Positions 47,034 through 57,565 of a stretch of 64,000 nucleotides of DNA are shown here, one piece after another. The stretch is from Candidatus Magasanikiibacteriota bacterium (lineage in GTDB: Bacteria; Patescibacteriota; Patescibacteriia; Magasanikbacterales; UBA922). The DNA lies in the NCBI GenBank assembly GCA_014729395.1, contig WJJZ01000001.1, positions 67,727-131,726 on the forward strand. Reading direction: 5' to 3'. The notes below the pieces were generated by a model. That model worked only from the letters and a program-made list of their open reading frames with translations. It did not search any database and was not told where the DNA came from. The translations under genes and the position numbers were made by a program. Within the stretch, counting starts at the first letter, position 1. The number at the start of each line of letters is the position of its first letter.

Positions 47034-47780
47034 ATGAACAATAAAATTCCCTGGAATAAAACTACGGGTGGTAAAATATTTCTCGTTATTATTACTATTA
47101 TATTTATTTTTCTAGCGGTTTTTTCATTGTTGGTGGTTTACTATACTTTGCAAATCAAATATGGCGACTCTGAAGAATTGGCTAAACAATTCTATAGTGA
47201 AAAATTTTCCTTGGCCGTTTCTTTATCGGAAACAAGTTCAATTGAAATTGATAAAAACTTAGACGAAATAATCAGAGATAATAATCCGGTCAGAGGATCT
47301 TCCGAAGCTCCGGTTACTGTTGTGGCATTTATAGACTTTACTTGTCCTTATTGTCAGGAAGCATACAAACCCCTGGAAGATATTTATAATCAATATAGAG
47401 GAGGTATAAAAATTGTTTTCAAACATTTTCCTCTTACCACGATACACCCCGAAGCCGGACAAGCCGCCATAGTATCCGCTTGTGCTCAGGAACAAAATGC
47501 ATTTTGGCAAGCCTATCACCTCTTTTTTACAGATGAAAATTTTCTTGAAAAGAATAATAGTCTAAAAGCTGAAATGCTGGAAATTAATGCTGAACAGTTT
47601 GAAAAATGCGTAAATTCAGCAAGGCATATCAATAAAATAGAACAAGATTTGACAGACGGAGTTAGCTTTGGCGTTAAAGGGACACCTACATACTTTATAA
47701 ACCAAACCAAAATCGAGGGTCTGGTGGAAAAAGAAGTGTGGCAAGCGGTAATAGAAGAAGAAATAAAAAAATCTCTTTAG
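47034..47780 (+). CDS. DsbA-family thiol:disulfide oxidoreductase with an N-terminal TM anchor
   Basis: CPYC active site in a thioredoxin fold; GGAGGA SD precedes ATG 47034. Confidence 0.7.
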   Translation: MNNKIPWNKTTGGKIFLVIITIIFIFLAVFSLLVVYYTLQIKYGDSEELAKQFYSEKFSLAVSLSETSSIEIDKNLDEIIRDNNPVRGSSEAPVTVVAFIDFTCPYCQEAYKPLEDIYNQYRGGIKIVFKHFPLTTIHPEAGQAAIVSACAQEQNAFWQAYHLFFTDENFLEKNNSLKAEMLEINAEQFEKCVNSARHINKIEQDLTDGVSFGVKGTPTYFINQTKIEGLVEKEVWQAVIEEEIKKSL

Positions 47781-47789
47781 CAATTATTT

Positions 47790-49439
47790 ATGAATAAAAA
47801 AGTAAAAATTAGCATATTAACCTTAATGTTATTTTTTATTTTTTTACCTGACGTCGGACTAGCTGTGGACCAACGATGTTTTACACGCAATCTATGCGAA
47901 AAAAGAAGAGATGAGCTTGGTGGGTCGAGAGAAAACATAGAAAACGGTTTTGTGGTTCGACCAAAAGAATGTGGTGTGGTACAAGAAGCAGATCCTGAAA
48001 CCGGCAAAATTAGCAATGTTGAATTAGGTTTTTGCCTGCCTGCCGGTCAATCCTCAACAGAAGTATCTATAGGAGGAAGAAACACCTTTGCTAATATTGG
48101 AGAATATATAAAGTATGCCTATAGATATGGAGTGCAAGCGGCCGCATTATTGGCGATTCTGGTAATGATTTTCTCCGGATTTCAGTGGGCTGCTTCCGGC
48201 GGTAATACAGACACGATCAGTAGAGCTAAAAAAAGAATAACCGGAGCTATAATTGGTCTTCTTATAGCACTTGGTTCTTTTGCTATTTTACAAACAATAA
48301 ATCCGGATCTGACCAAAATTACCGTTCCCCAAGCCTGGCTGATAAACAGTATGCCTCTGTCTCCAATATATTGCGATGAAATTAAAGATTTAAATCTTGC
48401 TTTGGCTTTAACCATTGATGAGAAAAAAACTCTTGACGAAAAAGACTTATATAATTTAAAATCAGAAAGGTCAAGCGGTATCGTTTATGACATCAACCCG
48501 CAAAATAAAGACCATACTGAAGGAAAAATAGCAGCCTGCGGTAATGAATATTTCATCCAAGGTCACGGCGACACAACCTGCATTGGCACAATATGTACAG
48601 CAAACCCATCGGTTTGTCATAAAAGACTTTGGGAAACAGATGTTAATTATCAATGTTATGACGCGACACTAGCCGGAAATATTTATACTGAAAGTGGTGG
48701 TGGAACTTCACAGGGTGCTTTATCATATTTAGCTACAGTTTTGAACGACGGTTGGGAGTGGGACGATGACGAAGATGACGAAGGTTGGCTTCCGGATGGT
48801 GGTTATGATGGTCGTTTGAGTTATGGCGAAGATATCAAGGGCTTCTTACCTGTTTGCGACTTTAATGGTTTATTAAACGCAATAAAAAACTCTGTTGATG
48901 AAAATGAAAATATCCCTGTCACTATTGTGGAAGACCCTAAGCGAGATAGTGATAATTTCAATTCTGACTTTTTTACCCAATTTTATGCTCTTAAAGTTAC
49001 TGAATCTGAACTCAACAAAGCAGACTCCAGACTTTGGACAAAAGGCGGCTGCTCCGGCAATGAAGATAGTGATAATATTGCCGGTTATGTTCTGGTAATG
49101 GAGTTTAATGAGCAAGGTGACCCCGGTGATGAAGTCCACTTTTTGGGTTATGACAATGAGAGCATGCAAATGGTTGATCTGGGAAAAATTCCGACCGGAA
49201 TTGATTTTGATTCATTATTTGAGTATTACAACCTTGTCGGATGTGTAACGCGCAGAGTTGATAATCTGTTGTTCAAACGCGAAGACCTGGAAAAAGGTGT
49301 ACGTTTTGATATAAATGTTGACGATATTGACGATCAAGACGATGATCCGGAAGATTTGGCAGAGTATTATTTGGAAAAAGCTCCAAGTTGGGGAACTATT
49401 GGCGAATGCCTAGATGAAGCAAATAGAATTTTAGATTAA
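47790..49439 (+). CDS. Secreted/membrane protein, hypothetical (Cys-containing N-domain, two adjacent TM helices resembling a VirB2/TrbC-type hairpin, acidic C-terminal domain)
   Basis: Signal peptide; [21 protein letters not shown]...[17 protein letters not shown]; follows dsbA-like by 9 nt. Confidence 0.45.
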   Translation: MNKKVKISILTLMLFFIFLPDVGLAVDQRCFTRNLCEKRRDELGGSRENIENGFVVRPKECGVVQEADPETGKISNVELGFCLPAGQSSTEVSIGGRNTFANIGEYIKYAYRYGVQAAALLAILVMIFSGFQWAASGGNTDTISRAKKRITGAIIGLLIALGSFAILQTINPDLTKITVPQAWLINSMPLSPIYCDEIKDLNLALALTIDEKKTLDEKDLYNLKSERSSGIVYDINPQNKDHTEGKIAACGNEYFIQGHGDTTCIGTICTANPSVCHKRLWETDVNYQCYDATLAGNIYTESGGGTSQGALSYLATVLNDGWEWDDDEDDEGWLPDGGYDGRLSYGEDIKGFLPVCDFNGLLNAIKNSVDENENIPVTIVEDPKRDSDNFNSDFFTQFYALKVTESELNKADSRLWTKGGCSGNEDSDNIAGYVLVMEFNEQGDPGDEVHFLGYDNESMQMVDLGKIPTGIDFDSLFEYYNLVGCVTRRVDNLLFKREDLEKGVRFDINVDDIDDQDDDPEDLAEYYLEKAPSWGTIGECLDEANRILD

Positions 49440-49461
49440 ATATTTAATAATTAGATAAAAC

Positions 49462-52293
49462 ATGCCAGAAAGTATAAAAATCACCAATGCTCGAGTCCAT
49501 AATTTAAAAAACATATCACTCGAGATACCAAAAAACAAATTTACCGTTATTACAGGACTTTCCGGATCAGGAAAGTCTTCTTTGGCCTTTGACACCATTT
49601 ACGCCGAAGGTCAACGCCGCTATGCGGAAAGTCTAAATGCTTATGCCAGGCAATTTATGGAAGTACAAGATAAACCGGATGTCGATGAAATTCAAGGACT
49701 ATCCCCAACTATCGCGATTGACCAAAAAAATACCAGCCTAAACCCCCGATCCACTGTGGGAACAGCCACGGAAATTCATGACTATTTAAGACTTTTATTT
49801 TCCAGAATTGGTATTCAATATTGTCCTGACTGTGATGTTGAAGTTAAGCAATATACAGCCGGAGAAATTACGGAATTGGTCAGAAAAATTGCACGGAAAT
49901 CAGATTCAGTCACAGTTTTTTCTCCTTTTATAGTCCAAAGGAAAGTTAAAACCAAACAGATTCTTCCTTCTATTGAGCAATCCGGGTACAAAATGGTAAG
50001 GATCAACGGCTTTGAAATGAATTTGGCAAGCCTTAGTAAATACCGATTTGATCGGGATAAACTCTATGATATTGATATAATTACCGGAAAAATATCTGAC
50101 AACAAAAAACAAGATTTAAGATCAATTGTGGACAAAACCATTGACCTATCGAACGGTAGTATTGGAATCTTGGACGAAGTGAGTGGCGAGGAAAAAATAT
50201 ACTCACTTTTGCCCAAGTGTTCTAAATGCGAAAAAGAATTTCAACCTATAGAACCCAGATCATTCAGCTTCAACAGCCCATATGGAGCTTGCAAACGATG
50301 TACCGGACTCGGAAAAACACTGGAGGTTGATCCTGCTCTCGCCATTCCGAATCAAAAATTGACTTTGGCAGAAGGTGCGATTCAACCATGGACGAGGATT
50401 GTGGGTAATCAAAACCATTACCAAAAACTGCTGGAAGCGGTGGCCAAGGAAAACAAATTTTCCATAAACGTCCCGGTTAAAGAACTCAGTAAAAAAACAA
50501 TGGATATTATTTTGTATGGAACTGATGGTATTGAATATAAAATTGATGGAAAAAAACATCAATTCGATGGACTGATCCCTAATTTAACACAAAGACATGC
50601 CGAGACGGATTCTGACTATGTGAGAAAAGAGATCGAGCACTATATGAGAGAAAAAATTTGTCCCGTATGTAATGGTAAAAGATTAAAAAATGAATCGTTA
50701 AACGTAAAAATAGGAGATTATTCTATCGCTGATATTGTAGAGATGAGCATAGAAGAGGCTGATGAATTTTTTAGAGAAATCAAAAACACAAAATCCAAAA
50801 TTTACAAAACATTGAACAAGTCGGAATTGAAAGTAGCTGAACCGATTGCCAAAGAAGTGGAAAAACGTCTAAATAATCTTCTCCAAGTTGGATTGTATTA
50901 TCTAACCTTGGATCGCTCAGTTAACACTTTATCAGGTGGTGAATCGCAAAGAGTGAGATTGTCAACACAACTATCAACCGGATTGACCGGCGTAATATAC
51001 ATATTGGATGAACCATCAATCGGTCTTCACCCCAAAGACAATGACAAATTAATAAAAACTCTAAAATCATTACGGGACCTGGGCAACACCGTTATTGTGG
51101 TTGAACATGATGCTGCCATGATTAAGGCCGCAGAATTTGTTGTGGACGTGGGACCGGGAGCCGGTGAATATGGAGGTAAAATTATCGCCAAAGGTAGTCC
51201 GCTTCAGATACAAAAAAATAACAAATCAATTACCGGAAAATACCTATCGGGTAAAGAATTCATAAAAGCTAAGAAAAAAACCAACAAGGGTAATGGTAAA
51301 AAAATATCAATTATTGGTGCAAAAGCCTATAACCTGAAAAATATTGACGTTGATATACCTCTCGGCATGTTGGTATGCGTTTCCGGTGTTTCAGGATCGG
51401 GAAAGTCGACACTCATTAATACAATTTTAGCGCGTTCACTCAGCAAGCAATTATACAGATCAAAAGCTGCACCGGGTGAGCATGAAAAAATCAAAGGTGT
51501 TTCAAATATTGACAAAGTAATTTCAATCGACCAAACTCCGATTGGAAGGACACCCCGTTCAAATCCGGCAACATACACCGGTGTATTTACAGCAATTAGA
51601 GATCTGTACACATCCGTACCCGAAGCTAAAATGAGAGGGCTTAACGCAGGTGCTTTTAGTTTTAATGTCAAAGGTGGTGGACGTTGCGAAGCGTGTTCCG
51701 GAGAAGGTTATGTTAGAATTCCGATGCAATTTTTGAATGATGTTTTTGTTGAATGTAATGAATGCGAAGGAAAAAGATATAACAAAGAAGCATTGGAAAT
51801 TCACTACCGTGGAAAAAATATAGCCGATGTCTTGGAAATGACAGTTGAAGAAGCATATAGATTTTTTAATGATACAGCCGCTATTGCCGACAAACTTCGT
51901 ATACTTAACGATGTCGGTCTTGGATATATTCATCTTGGTCAACCGGCTACAACTTTGTCAGGCGGTGAAGCACAGAGAGTCAAACTAGCTACCGAACTCT
52001 CAAGAAGAGCGACCGGTAAAACTTTGTACATTCTGGACGAGCCAACAACAGGATTACATTTTGAAGATATAAAAAGACTCTTGCAAGTCATTAATAAACT
52101 TGTAAAAAAAGGAAATACGGTTCTGATAATTGAACATAATTTGGATATTATAAAATGTGCCGATTGGGTAATAGATTTGGGTCCCGATGGAGGCAAGCTC
52201 GGCGGTGAAATTGTAGCCGAAGGCGCACCAGCAAAAATCATTAAAACAAAAAAAAGCTATACCGGTAAATATCTAAAAGAATTACTAAAATAA
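49462..52293 (+). CDS. uvrA: Excinuclease ABC subunit A
   Basis: Two ABC modules (GLSGSGKSS..., GVSGSGKST...), Zn-finger CxxC pairs, LSGGE signatures. Confidence 0.95.
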   Translation: MPESIKITNARVHNLKNISLEIPKNKFTVITGLSGSGKSSLAFDTIYAEGQRRYAESLNAYARQFMEVQDKPDVDEIQGLSPTIAIDQKNTSLNPRSTVGTATEIHDYLRLLFSRIGIQYCPDCDVEVKQYTAGEITELVRKIARKSDSVTVFSPFIVQRKVKTKQILPSIEQSGYKMVRINGFEMNLASLSKYRFDRDKLYDIDIITGKISDNKKQDLRSIVDKTIDLSNGSIGILDEVSGEEKIYSLLPKCSKCEKEFQPIEPRSFSFNSPYGACKRCTGLGKTLEVDPALAIPNQKLTLAEGAIQPWTRIVGNQNHYQKLLEAVAKENKFSINVPVKELSKKTMDIILYGTDGIEYKIDGKKHQFDGLIPNLTQRHAETDSDYVRKEIEHYMREKICPVCNGKRLKNESLNVKIGDYSIADIVEMSIEEADEFFREIKNTKSKIYKTLNKSELKVAEPIAKEVEKRLNNLLQVGLYYLTLDRSVNTLSGGESQRVRLSTQLSTGLTGVIYILDEPSIGLHPKDNDKLIKTLKSLRDLGNTVIVVEHDAAMIKAAEFVVDVGPGAGEYGGKIIAKGSPLQIQKNNKSITGKYLSGKEFIKAKKKTNKGNGKKISIIGAKAYNLKNIDVDIPLGMLVCVSGVSGSGKSTLINTILARSLSKQLYRSKAAPGEHEKIKGVSNIDKVISIDQTPIGRTPRSNPATYTGVFTAIRDLYTSVPEAKMRGLNAGAFSFNVKGGGRCEACSGEGYVRIPMQFLNDVFVECNECEGKRYNKEALEIHYRGKNIADVLEMTVEEAYRFFNDTAAIADKLRILNDVGLGYIHLGQPATTLSGGEAQRVKLATELSRRATGKTLYILDEPTTGLHFEDIKRLLQVINKLVKKGNTVLIIEHNLDIIKCADWVIDLGPDGGKLGGEIVAEGAPAKIIKTKKSYTGKYLKELLK

Positions 52294-52325
52294 AAATCGG
52301 GACCATGGGTCCCGTTTTTTTGTCC

Positions 52326-53141
52326 TTATTTTTTTTTATTCCCAACACGATAGTCGCTTGCATCCCAAACAAACCCTATTTCATCTAATTTTCTTAGACG
52401 ATCCGGATCCATGGTTCCATCTTTGTACTTTTTCCTCTGGTAACAGACCCAGCGACCAAGTGGATGTCTGGACGGAACCAATAAATCACCCTCCTCTTCG
52501 TAGTATACCAACAATTGATCAAAATTATTCTGCCAAATCACATCAGATACATTCCACACAAAACCAACTTTATCCAATAATTCCTGTCTTTTTTTGGGCA
52601 TGTTTCCATTTTTTCTTGCTTCTCTTTGACTTTTAACCCATGCACCGAGTGGGTGTTTTTTGGGTATTAAACAATCACCATGCTCGTTAATATACTCTTT
52701 CAATGCAATATATTTTAAATACCATCGCCTTTCAACGGATGTTTTCCGCTCCCATTCAAAACCAATAGATTCCAAACGCTCTTTTCTATCGGTTCTGATT
52801 ATTTCTCTGGAATATCTTTCCCGTTGATAGTCTACCCATCTAGATAATTCATGCTTTATCGGTACATTACAATGTCCATTCTTCTCTCTATATTTTTTTA
52901 ATTTCAGAAATTTGCGATTCCATTTCTTTTCTAAAATTTTTGCTTCCCACTCAAAACCCAAATTATCAAGCTTCTTTTTTCTTTCTGATTTTAACTTACC
53001 CCTCACCCTTGCATGGCGCTGCCTATTGCACCATTCGTAGAGTTTGTGTCCATAGGGCACTGTTGCCGTTCCGTGCGTTTTTGCATACTCCTTCAATTCT
53101 TTGAATTGCTTTTTCCAGGACAATTCTTGTTTGTTACTCAT
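52326..53141 (-). CDS. Protein of four tandem helicase-associated (HA) domains
   Basis: Four repeats of ...W..F..LK.Y...HG.C.VP.......LG.WV..QR......L...R...L..LGF.W; strong SD AAGGGAGG before ATG 53141. Confidence 0.7.
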   Translation of the reverse strand: MSNKQELSWKKQFKELKEYAKTHGTATVPYGHKLYEWCNRQRHARVRGKLKSERKKKLDNLGFEWEAKILEKKWNRKFLKLKKYREKNGHCNVPIKHELSRWVDYQRERYSREIIRTDRKERLESIGFEWERKTSVERRWYLKYIALKEYINEHGDCLIPKKHPLGAWVKSQREARKNGNMPKKRQELLDKVGFVWNVSDVIWQNNFDQLLVYYEEEGDLLVPSRHPLGRWVCYQRKKYKDGTMDPDRLRKLDEIGFVWDASDYRVGNKKK

Positions 53142-53203
53142 GTTTCCTCCCTTGTATTTAAAAAGATCATATAAAAACTTAGCAAAAAAATACATTTTTG
53201 TAA

Positions 53204-53228
53204 AGTAAAAAACCGCCTATTTGGCGGT
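53204..53228 (-). terminator. Intrinsic terminator of rplS (ACCGCC-TATTT-GGCGGT + T-run)
   Basis: Hairpin 53212-53228, A-run 53204-53211 on plus. Confidence 0.5.
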
Positions 53229-53234
53229 AATTTG

Positions 53235-53570
53235 TTATTTTTTCTTATTTTTTCTTATTTCCTTTGGTCTTTTCTTGTAATTTCTCAAATAATACGGCTT
53301 GGCTTGGCGCACTTTCAACTGTTTCACAAATTCAAATTTCTCTATTACCGGTGAAAAAATTGGAAATATTTTTTCCACACCTACACCTTCGGATATTTTT
53401 CTGACGGTAACCGTTGCTCCCGGCTGACTACCATGTTTTAAGCTGATTATCTTTCCTTCAAAAATCTGAATTCTTTCTTTTTCTTCGCCCTTGGCATTTA
53501 ATTCTTTAATTTTTTGGTGAACCCTGATCACCATCCCTGGTTTAAGGGCATTTCTGATATCTTCTGACAT
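53235..53570 (-). CDS. rplS: 50S ribosomal protein L19
   Basis: GDVVxVHxKIKE...KERIQIFEG...TVRKIS.GVGVE..FP.HSP motif series. Confidence 0.9.
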   Translation of the reverse strand: MSEDIRNALKPGMVIRVHQKIKELNAKGEEKERIQIFEGKIISLKHGSQPGATVTVRKISEGVGVEKIFPIFSPVIEKFEFVKQLKVRQAKPYYLRNYKKRPKEIRKNKKK

Positions 53571-53656
53571 ATTTTTATAGTTTTATAGAGAGGTTAAAAA
53601 ATTTTTTAACATCAATATTATATTTAATGGTTGGCCAAAGTTTATAATATTTAGAG

Positions 53657-54229
53657 TTATTTGTCAAGACCAATATTTTCTTTTATTATCTTTTCTACCC
53701 GAGAAACAGTCTTGTCTAACTTCCCTTCCTCATTCACAACTTCAAAATCATAAATTTCTTTATGTTTCAGCCACTCTTTTGTATAGTCCATCCTTTGTCT
53801 GATATATTCTTCATCAACAAAACCTCTGCGTCTGATACGATCTTCCAGTATTTCAAGAGGTGCTGTAATCAATATAGATATGATGCCGGGCACCAACTCT
53901 TTAGCTTTTATTACACCTTTATAATCAATTTTCCAAACACCAATTTTATTCGTATTCCTTACTCTTTCTATTTCCGAAAAGCTTACACCATAATAATTAT
54001 TATTGTATTGTTTGGCCCATTCAAAAAAATACCCTTCTTTAATCTTTTTTAAAAAAATTTTCTTGTTTATAAAATAATAAGGATCACCGTCTTTTTCACC
54101 CGACCGCTTTTTGCGAGTTGTAGTCGTAATTACCCGTTCTATTGGTATTCTTTTTGATAATTTATCAATTATACTATCCTCACCGGCACCGGAAGGTCCG
54201 GAAATGATTACGAGATTATTTTTTTTCAT
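53657..54229 (-). CDS. gmk: Guanylate kinase
   Basis: ISGPSGAGEDS P-loop, TTRKKRSGEKDGDPYYF. Confidence 0.85.
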   Translation of the reverse strand: MKKNNLVIISGPSGAGEDSIIDKLSKRIPIERVITTTTRKKRSGEKDGDPYYFINKKIFLKKIKEGYFFEWAKQYNNNYYGVSFSEIERVRNTNKIGVWKIDYKGVIKAKELVPGIISILITAPLEILEDRIRRRGFVDEEYIRQRMDYTKEWLKHKEIYDFEVVNEEGKLDKTVSRVEKIIKENIGLDK

Positions 54230-54230
54230 A

Positions 54231-55199
54231 TCAATTTAGTTTTGATAGAAATAATTCTAATTTTTTACTCATTTCACAATGAAAGCATTGTTTTGTACCT
54301 TTCAAATCATAAAAACAAAGGTCGCTTGCGTGTAAAAAAAGCCGGCCCAACTTTCTGTCTTTTTCAAGTTTAATTTTTTTATTGTAGTATAATTTATCAC
54401 CAACTACCGGGTGCCCATAAGCTTTCATATGGACTCGTATTTGATGCGTTCTGCCGGTTTTTATTTCAACCTCTAATAGTGAGTACCTGGAAAATCTTTT
54501 CAATACTTTAAAAAAAGTAAGGGCTTTTTTTCCTTTTTGTTCCAAACCGACATTTTTTAATTTGGTTTTATCAAGTTTTGGACGAGATGCCATCATTCCT
54601 TTGTCTGTCCTCCCAATCAAAAAATCTATTTTACCTGAATCCGCTTCAATTACACCGTGAACCAAGACTATATATTTTTTTTCAACCCTTCTCTTTTTGA
54701 ATTGTTCTTTTAGAGAATCAAACATCTTTTGATTTTTTGCAACCACCAACAAACCCGAAGCATCCTTATCAAGCCTATGTACAATCCCCGGACGCTTTGG
54801 ACTTTCTCCCACTTCTTTTAATTTAGGATATTTACTAATTAACCAATTTGACAAAGTATATGGTTCTTCGGCTTCTGTTGGGTGTACCAGCAGCCCACTC
54901 GGTTTATAAACCACCAAAAAATCTTTTTCATCATGAATTATCGAAATTTCATCCAATTTTTCTTTAGATTCATCTAAAATTTCTTTTTTTTCTTTCTTTT
55001 CCCTAAAATTTTCATCATATCTGATCCTATCTCCGGTTTTGATTTTTTCACCGCTTTTTGATGGGGGTATATTATTTATAAAAAAAATCTCATTCTCTAT
55101 CATTTTTTGTATCTTCGATCTGCTTTTTTTGATTTTTTTCGATAAAAAAATATCCAACCTTTCGCCATCATCTTTTTTCCCAACCTTAAAAATTTTCAT
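54231..55199 (-). CDS. RluA-family pseudouridine synthase (RluD-like, N-terminal S4 domain)
   Basis: HRLDKDASGLLVVAKN catalytic motif; S4-like N-term. Confidence 0.85.
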   Translation of the reverse strand: MKIFKVGKKDDGERLDIFLSKKIKKSRSKIQKMIENEIFFINNIPPSKSGEKIKTGDRIRYDENFREKKEKKEILDESKEKLDEISIIHDEKDFLVVYKPSGLLVHPTEAEEPYTLSNWLISKYPKLKEVGESPKRPGIVHRLDKDASGLLVVAKNQKMFDSLKEQFKKRRVEKKYIVLVHGVIEADSGKIDFLIGRTDKGMMASRPKLDKTKLKNVGLEQKGKKALTFFKVLKRFSRYSLLEVEIKTGRTHQIRVHMKAYGHPVVGDKLYYNKKIKLEKDRKLGRLFLHASDLCFYDLKGTKQCFHCEMSKKLELFLSKLN

Positions 55200-55264
55200 A
55201 TTATTCTTTTTATAGAGGTTAATTTTTATGCTATACTAAATTAGTGAGAGTATAGCAAAAACAC

Positions 55265-55293
55265 TTGAAAAATCAAGATAAAAATGATAATAT
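55265..55293 (+). promoter_or_regulatory. Sigma70-type promoter TTGAAA-17-TAATAT upstream of tRNA-Ile
   Basis: TTGAAA 55265-55270, TAATAT 55288-55293. Confidence 0.5.
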
Positions 55294-55317
55294 ATCTCGT
55301 ACAAATGTAGACACATC

Positions 55318-55390
55318 GCGCCTGTAGCTCAGGGGTTAGAGCACAACGCTTATAACGTTGGGGTCGGTGGTTCAATTCCACCCAGGCGCA
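55318..55390 (+). tRNA. tRNA-Ile with a genomically encoded UAU anticodon (loop CTTATAA)
   Basis: Canonical cloverleaf: GCGCCTG/CAGGCGC acceptor, D-arm GCTC-AGGGGTTA-GAGC, anticodon stem CAACG/CGTTG, T-arm GGTGG-TTCAATT-CCACC, A73; CCA not encoded. Confidence 0.8.
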
Positions 55391-55394
55391 CAAT

Positions 55395-55658
55395 ATGCAC
55401 TACGTTTATTTTCTCTGGAGTGAAAAATTAAAAAAAATATATATTGGGGAAAATAAAAATGTTTTGAACAGACTTGATTATCATAATAAAGGTTTGCAAA
55501 GATTTACTAAGAGAGGTATCCCCTGGAAACTTATAGGAGTAGTAGAATTCAAAGACAGAAAAGAAGCTTTAAAAGAAGAAAAAAGACTTAAAAAATGCAA
55601 AAATAGAGATTATTACAAAAAATACTTATTAGAAAAAGGAGGAAAACTCAGTGGTTAG
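55395..55658 (+). CDS. Small GIY-YIG nuclease-domain protein (87 aa)
   Basis: YVYFLWSEKLKKIYIGENKNVLNRLDYHNKG matches GIY...YIG...R...H...E; the stop TAG lies inside a GGTTAG that mimics the tRNA D-loop. Confidence 0.7.
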   Translation: MHYVYFLWSEKLKKIYIGENKNVLNRLDYHNKGLQRFTKRGIPWKLIGVVEFKDRKEALKEEKRLKKCKNRDYYKKYLLEKGGKLSG

Positions 55659-55717
55659 TCCCGACACGTCGGGATATAACGTTGGGGTCGGTGGTTCAAT
55701 TCCACCCAGGCGCACAA
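55652..55717 (+). repeat. Duplicate of the tRNA-Ile 3' half (anticodon loop to 3' end) preceded by a GC hairpin TCCCGACACGTCGGGA
   Basis: 55675-55717 is identical to 55351-55393; the hairpin 55659-55674 resembles the rnpB terminator hairpin. Confidence 0.65.
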
Positions 55718-55738
55718 AATAAATATTGATATACTTCA

Positions 55739-56473
55739 ATGGAACCTCAAAAATTTCAAAAATTAATAAATATTGCTGAGGAAAAAATGATTGCATGTAA
55801 AGACCCAATTCATGACATTGGCCATGCCAAACGAGTTGTTGCACACGCAAATGTATTAAGCAAAGACTTAAATTTTAACTCATTTGATCACCAAGTGCTA
55901 ATCTTATCATCATGGTGGCATGATGCCAGTCGATCCATTTCAGGCAAATCTTCCTTGGTTTGGATGACTTGCTTTGATGATATACTTTCCGCGTTTATGA
56001 TGCTTTGGACATCCATTAAATACAATATTTTTTCAAAAGTTGTTTTAAAATCTTTTTTGATGCTTGTTTGCAAAAATATAGGCACAGGTACATTGTTTAC
56101 AAAAATATTTATAAGAAAAAAAGATAGATTACTACTAAATGCCATACACGATGCTGACAATTTAGATGTAATTTACCTGGAACGTGTTAAAACCATATAT
56201 AAAATGGTAGACAGCTCAAAAACATATTACTATGCTTACAAAATAACCATACAATGGTATTTAAGAAGCAAAGATTTATATATGAAAACAGATGCTGCCA
56301 GAATTTATGTAGAAAAAATGATAAAAAAATTTATAGAATGGCTAAAAGATAAAAGTGTAATGTATTGGCATAAAAAAATATTTGGCTGGAAATGGGTCGA
56401 AAAAAATCTGGCTGGAATTGAGAAACTTCATTCAAAAATCATATTAAAAAATTTACAAACTCAAATTTCTTAA
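55739..56473 (+). CDS. HD-domain phosphohydrolase
   Basis: HDIGHAKR...WWHDASR metal-binding His/Asp motifs. Confidence 0.6.
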   Translation: MEPQKFQKLINIAEEKMIACKDPIHDIGHAKRVVAHANVLSKDLNFNSFDHQVLILSSWWHDASRSISGKSSLVWMTCFDDILSAFMMLWTSIKYNIFSKVVLKSFLMLVCKNIGTGTLFTKIFIRKKDRLLLNAIHDADNLDVIYLERVKTIYKMVDSSKTYYYAYKITIQWYLRSKDLYMKTDAARIYVEKMIKKFIEWLKDKSVMYWHKKIFGWKWVEKNLAGIEKLHSKIILKNLQTQIS

Positions 56474-56483
56474 TCTATTCTCT

Positions 56484-57122
56484 ATGTCATTTTTTCTGTC
56501 AAAAAAATCTCTTTTACAAAGTCGTATAGAAAAAAGATTGGAAGAATATGATCATCCCTCAAAAAGTTTTTTCTTTTTAATTGCAATTGCCACATCTTTG
56601 GCTTCTCTTGGCTTGGCTCTCGATAACACAGCCGTAGTGATTGGCGCGATGGTTGTTGCACCTATAATCACACCCGTATTCGGTTTTTCGCTGGCAATAA
56701 TAATTATAAAAATCAGCAACGCTTTCAAATCCCTAAGTTCAATTTTTTTGGGATCAATCACAGCGGTAATAGTATCTGCAATTACCGGCTATATAATTAA
56801 ATTTATAGAAGGACAAAATTTAATTCTTACCAATGAAATTGTAATCCGCGCAAAGCCTGACCTTTTTTATTTTTTGGTCGCAATTTTAAGTGGATTGGCC
56901 GGTGCATATGCATACTCAAAACCAAAAATTTTATCATCAATTACAGGTATTGCAATATCAGTAGCTTTACTACCTCCTTTGTCAGTTATTGGTCTTTCTA
57001 TAACAATGCAAAACTGGCATCTAATGGAACAAAGTATTTTTCTTTATATTCTAAACCTGACAGGAATATTCCTTGGTAGTATTATTTCTTTTTTGGTTCT
57101 GGGTTTGGGGAATGTCGATTAA
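56484..57122 (+). CDS. DUF389-like integral membrane protein
   Basis: Repeated GAMVVAPIITPV-type motif within TM helices. Confidence 0.5.
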   Translation: MSFFLSKKSLLQSRIEKRLEEYDHPSKSFFFLIAIATSLASLGLALDNTAVVIGAMVVAPIITPVFGFSLAIIIIKISNAFKSLSSIFLGSITAVIVSAITGYIIKFIEGQNLILTNEIVIRAKPDLFYFLVAILSGLAGAYAYSKPKILSSITGIAISVALLPPLSVIGLSITMQNWHLMEQSIFLYILNLTGIFLGSIISFLVLGLGNVD

Positions 57123-57281
57123 TTTTTTTTAAAAGTTATTAACATTATTTTATTTTCTTTTTTAATTAAAAAAGATTATAATATTTATATTGGTCGACAT
57201 TTATAATAATCTAAAGAACTTTTTACGCACATGCTTGTCGTGTAAAAACTTCATATCTTAAAAAAGAGAGGGGGTGAATTT

Positions 57282-57512
57282 ATGCCAGCCAGAAAAAGAA
57301 AGACCACAAAAAAGAAAGCCGCACCGAAAAAAAGAAAGACTACGAAACGTAAAACTACAAAGAAAAGAAAGCCAGCAAAGAGAAAGACAACTAAAAAAAG
57401 AAAACCGGCTAAACGCAAAACAACAAAGCGTAAACCTGCAAAGAGAAAAAAAGCTGCTCCAAAGAAAAGAAAGCCAGCTAAACGAAAAACAACACGCAGA
57501 AAAAAAAGATAA
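57282..57512 (+). CDS. Histone-H1-like lysine-rich DNA-binding protein (KRKTTKKRKPA repeats)
   Basis: Strong SD GAGGGGGTGA 8 nt before ATG; 76 aa with >55 percent K/R/A/P/T; followed by a terminator. Confidence 0.6.
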   Translation: MPARKRKTTKKKAAPKKRKTTKRKTTKKRKPAKRKTTKKRKPAKRKTTKRKPAKRKKAAPKKRKPAKRKTTRRKKR

Positions 57513-57519
57513 ACAAAAA

Positions 57520-57551
57520 ACACTCTCGAAGCCATGAGGGTGTTTTTATTT
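57520..57551 (+). terminator. Intrinsic terminator (ACACTCTC-GAAGCCAT-GAGGGTGT + T-run)
   Basis: 8-bp stem with one G:U, TTTTTATTT downstream. Confidence 0.5.
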
Positions 57552-57565
57552 AAATAAAAATTTTT

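Noticed and set aside
57251-57537. ORFs 57251..57535(-) and 57274..57537(+) overlapping the K-rich gene
   Set aside because: Same repeat read in other frames; only the 57282 frame has a strong SD and a sensible terminator position.
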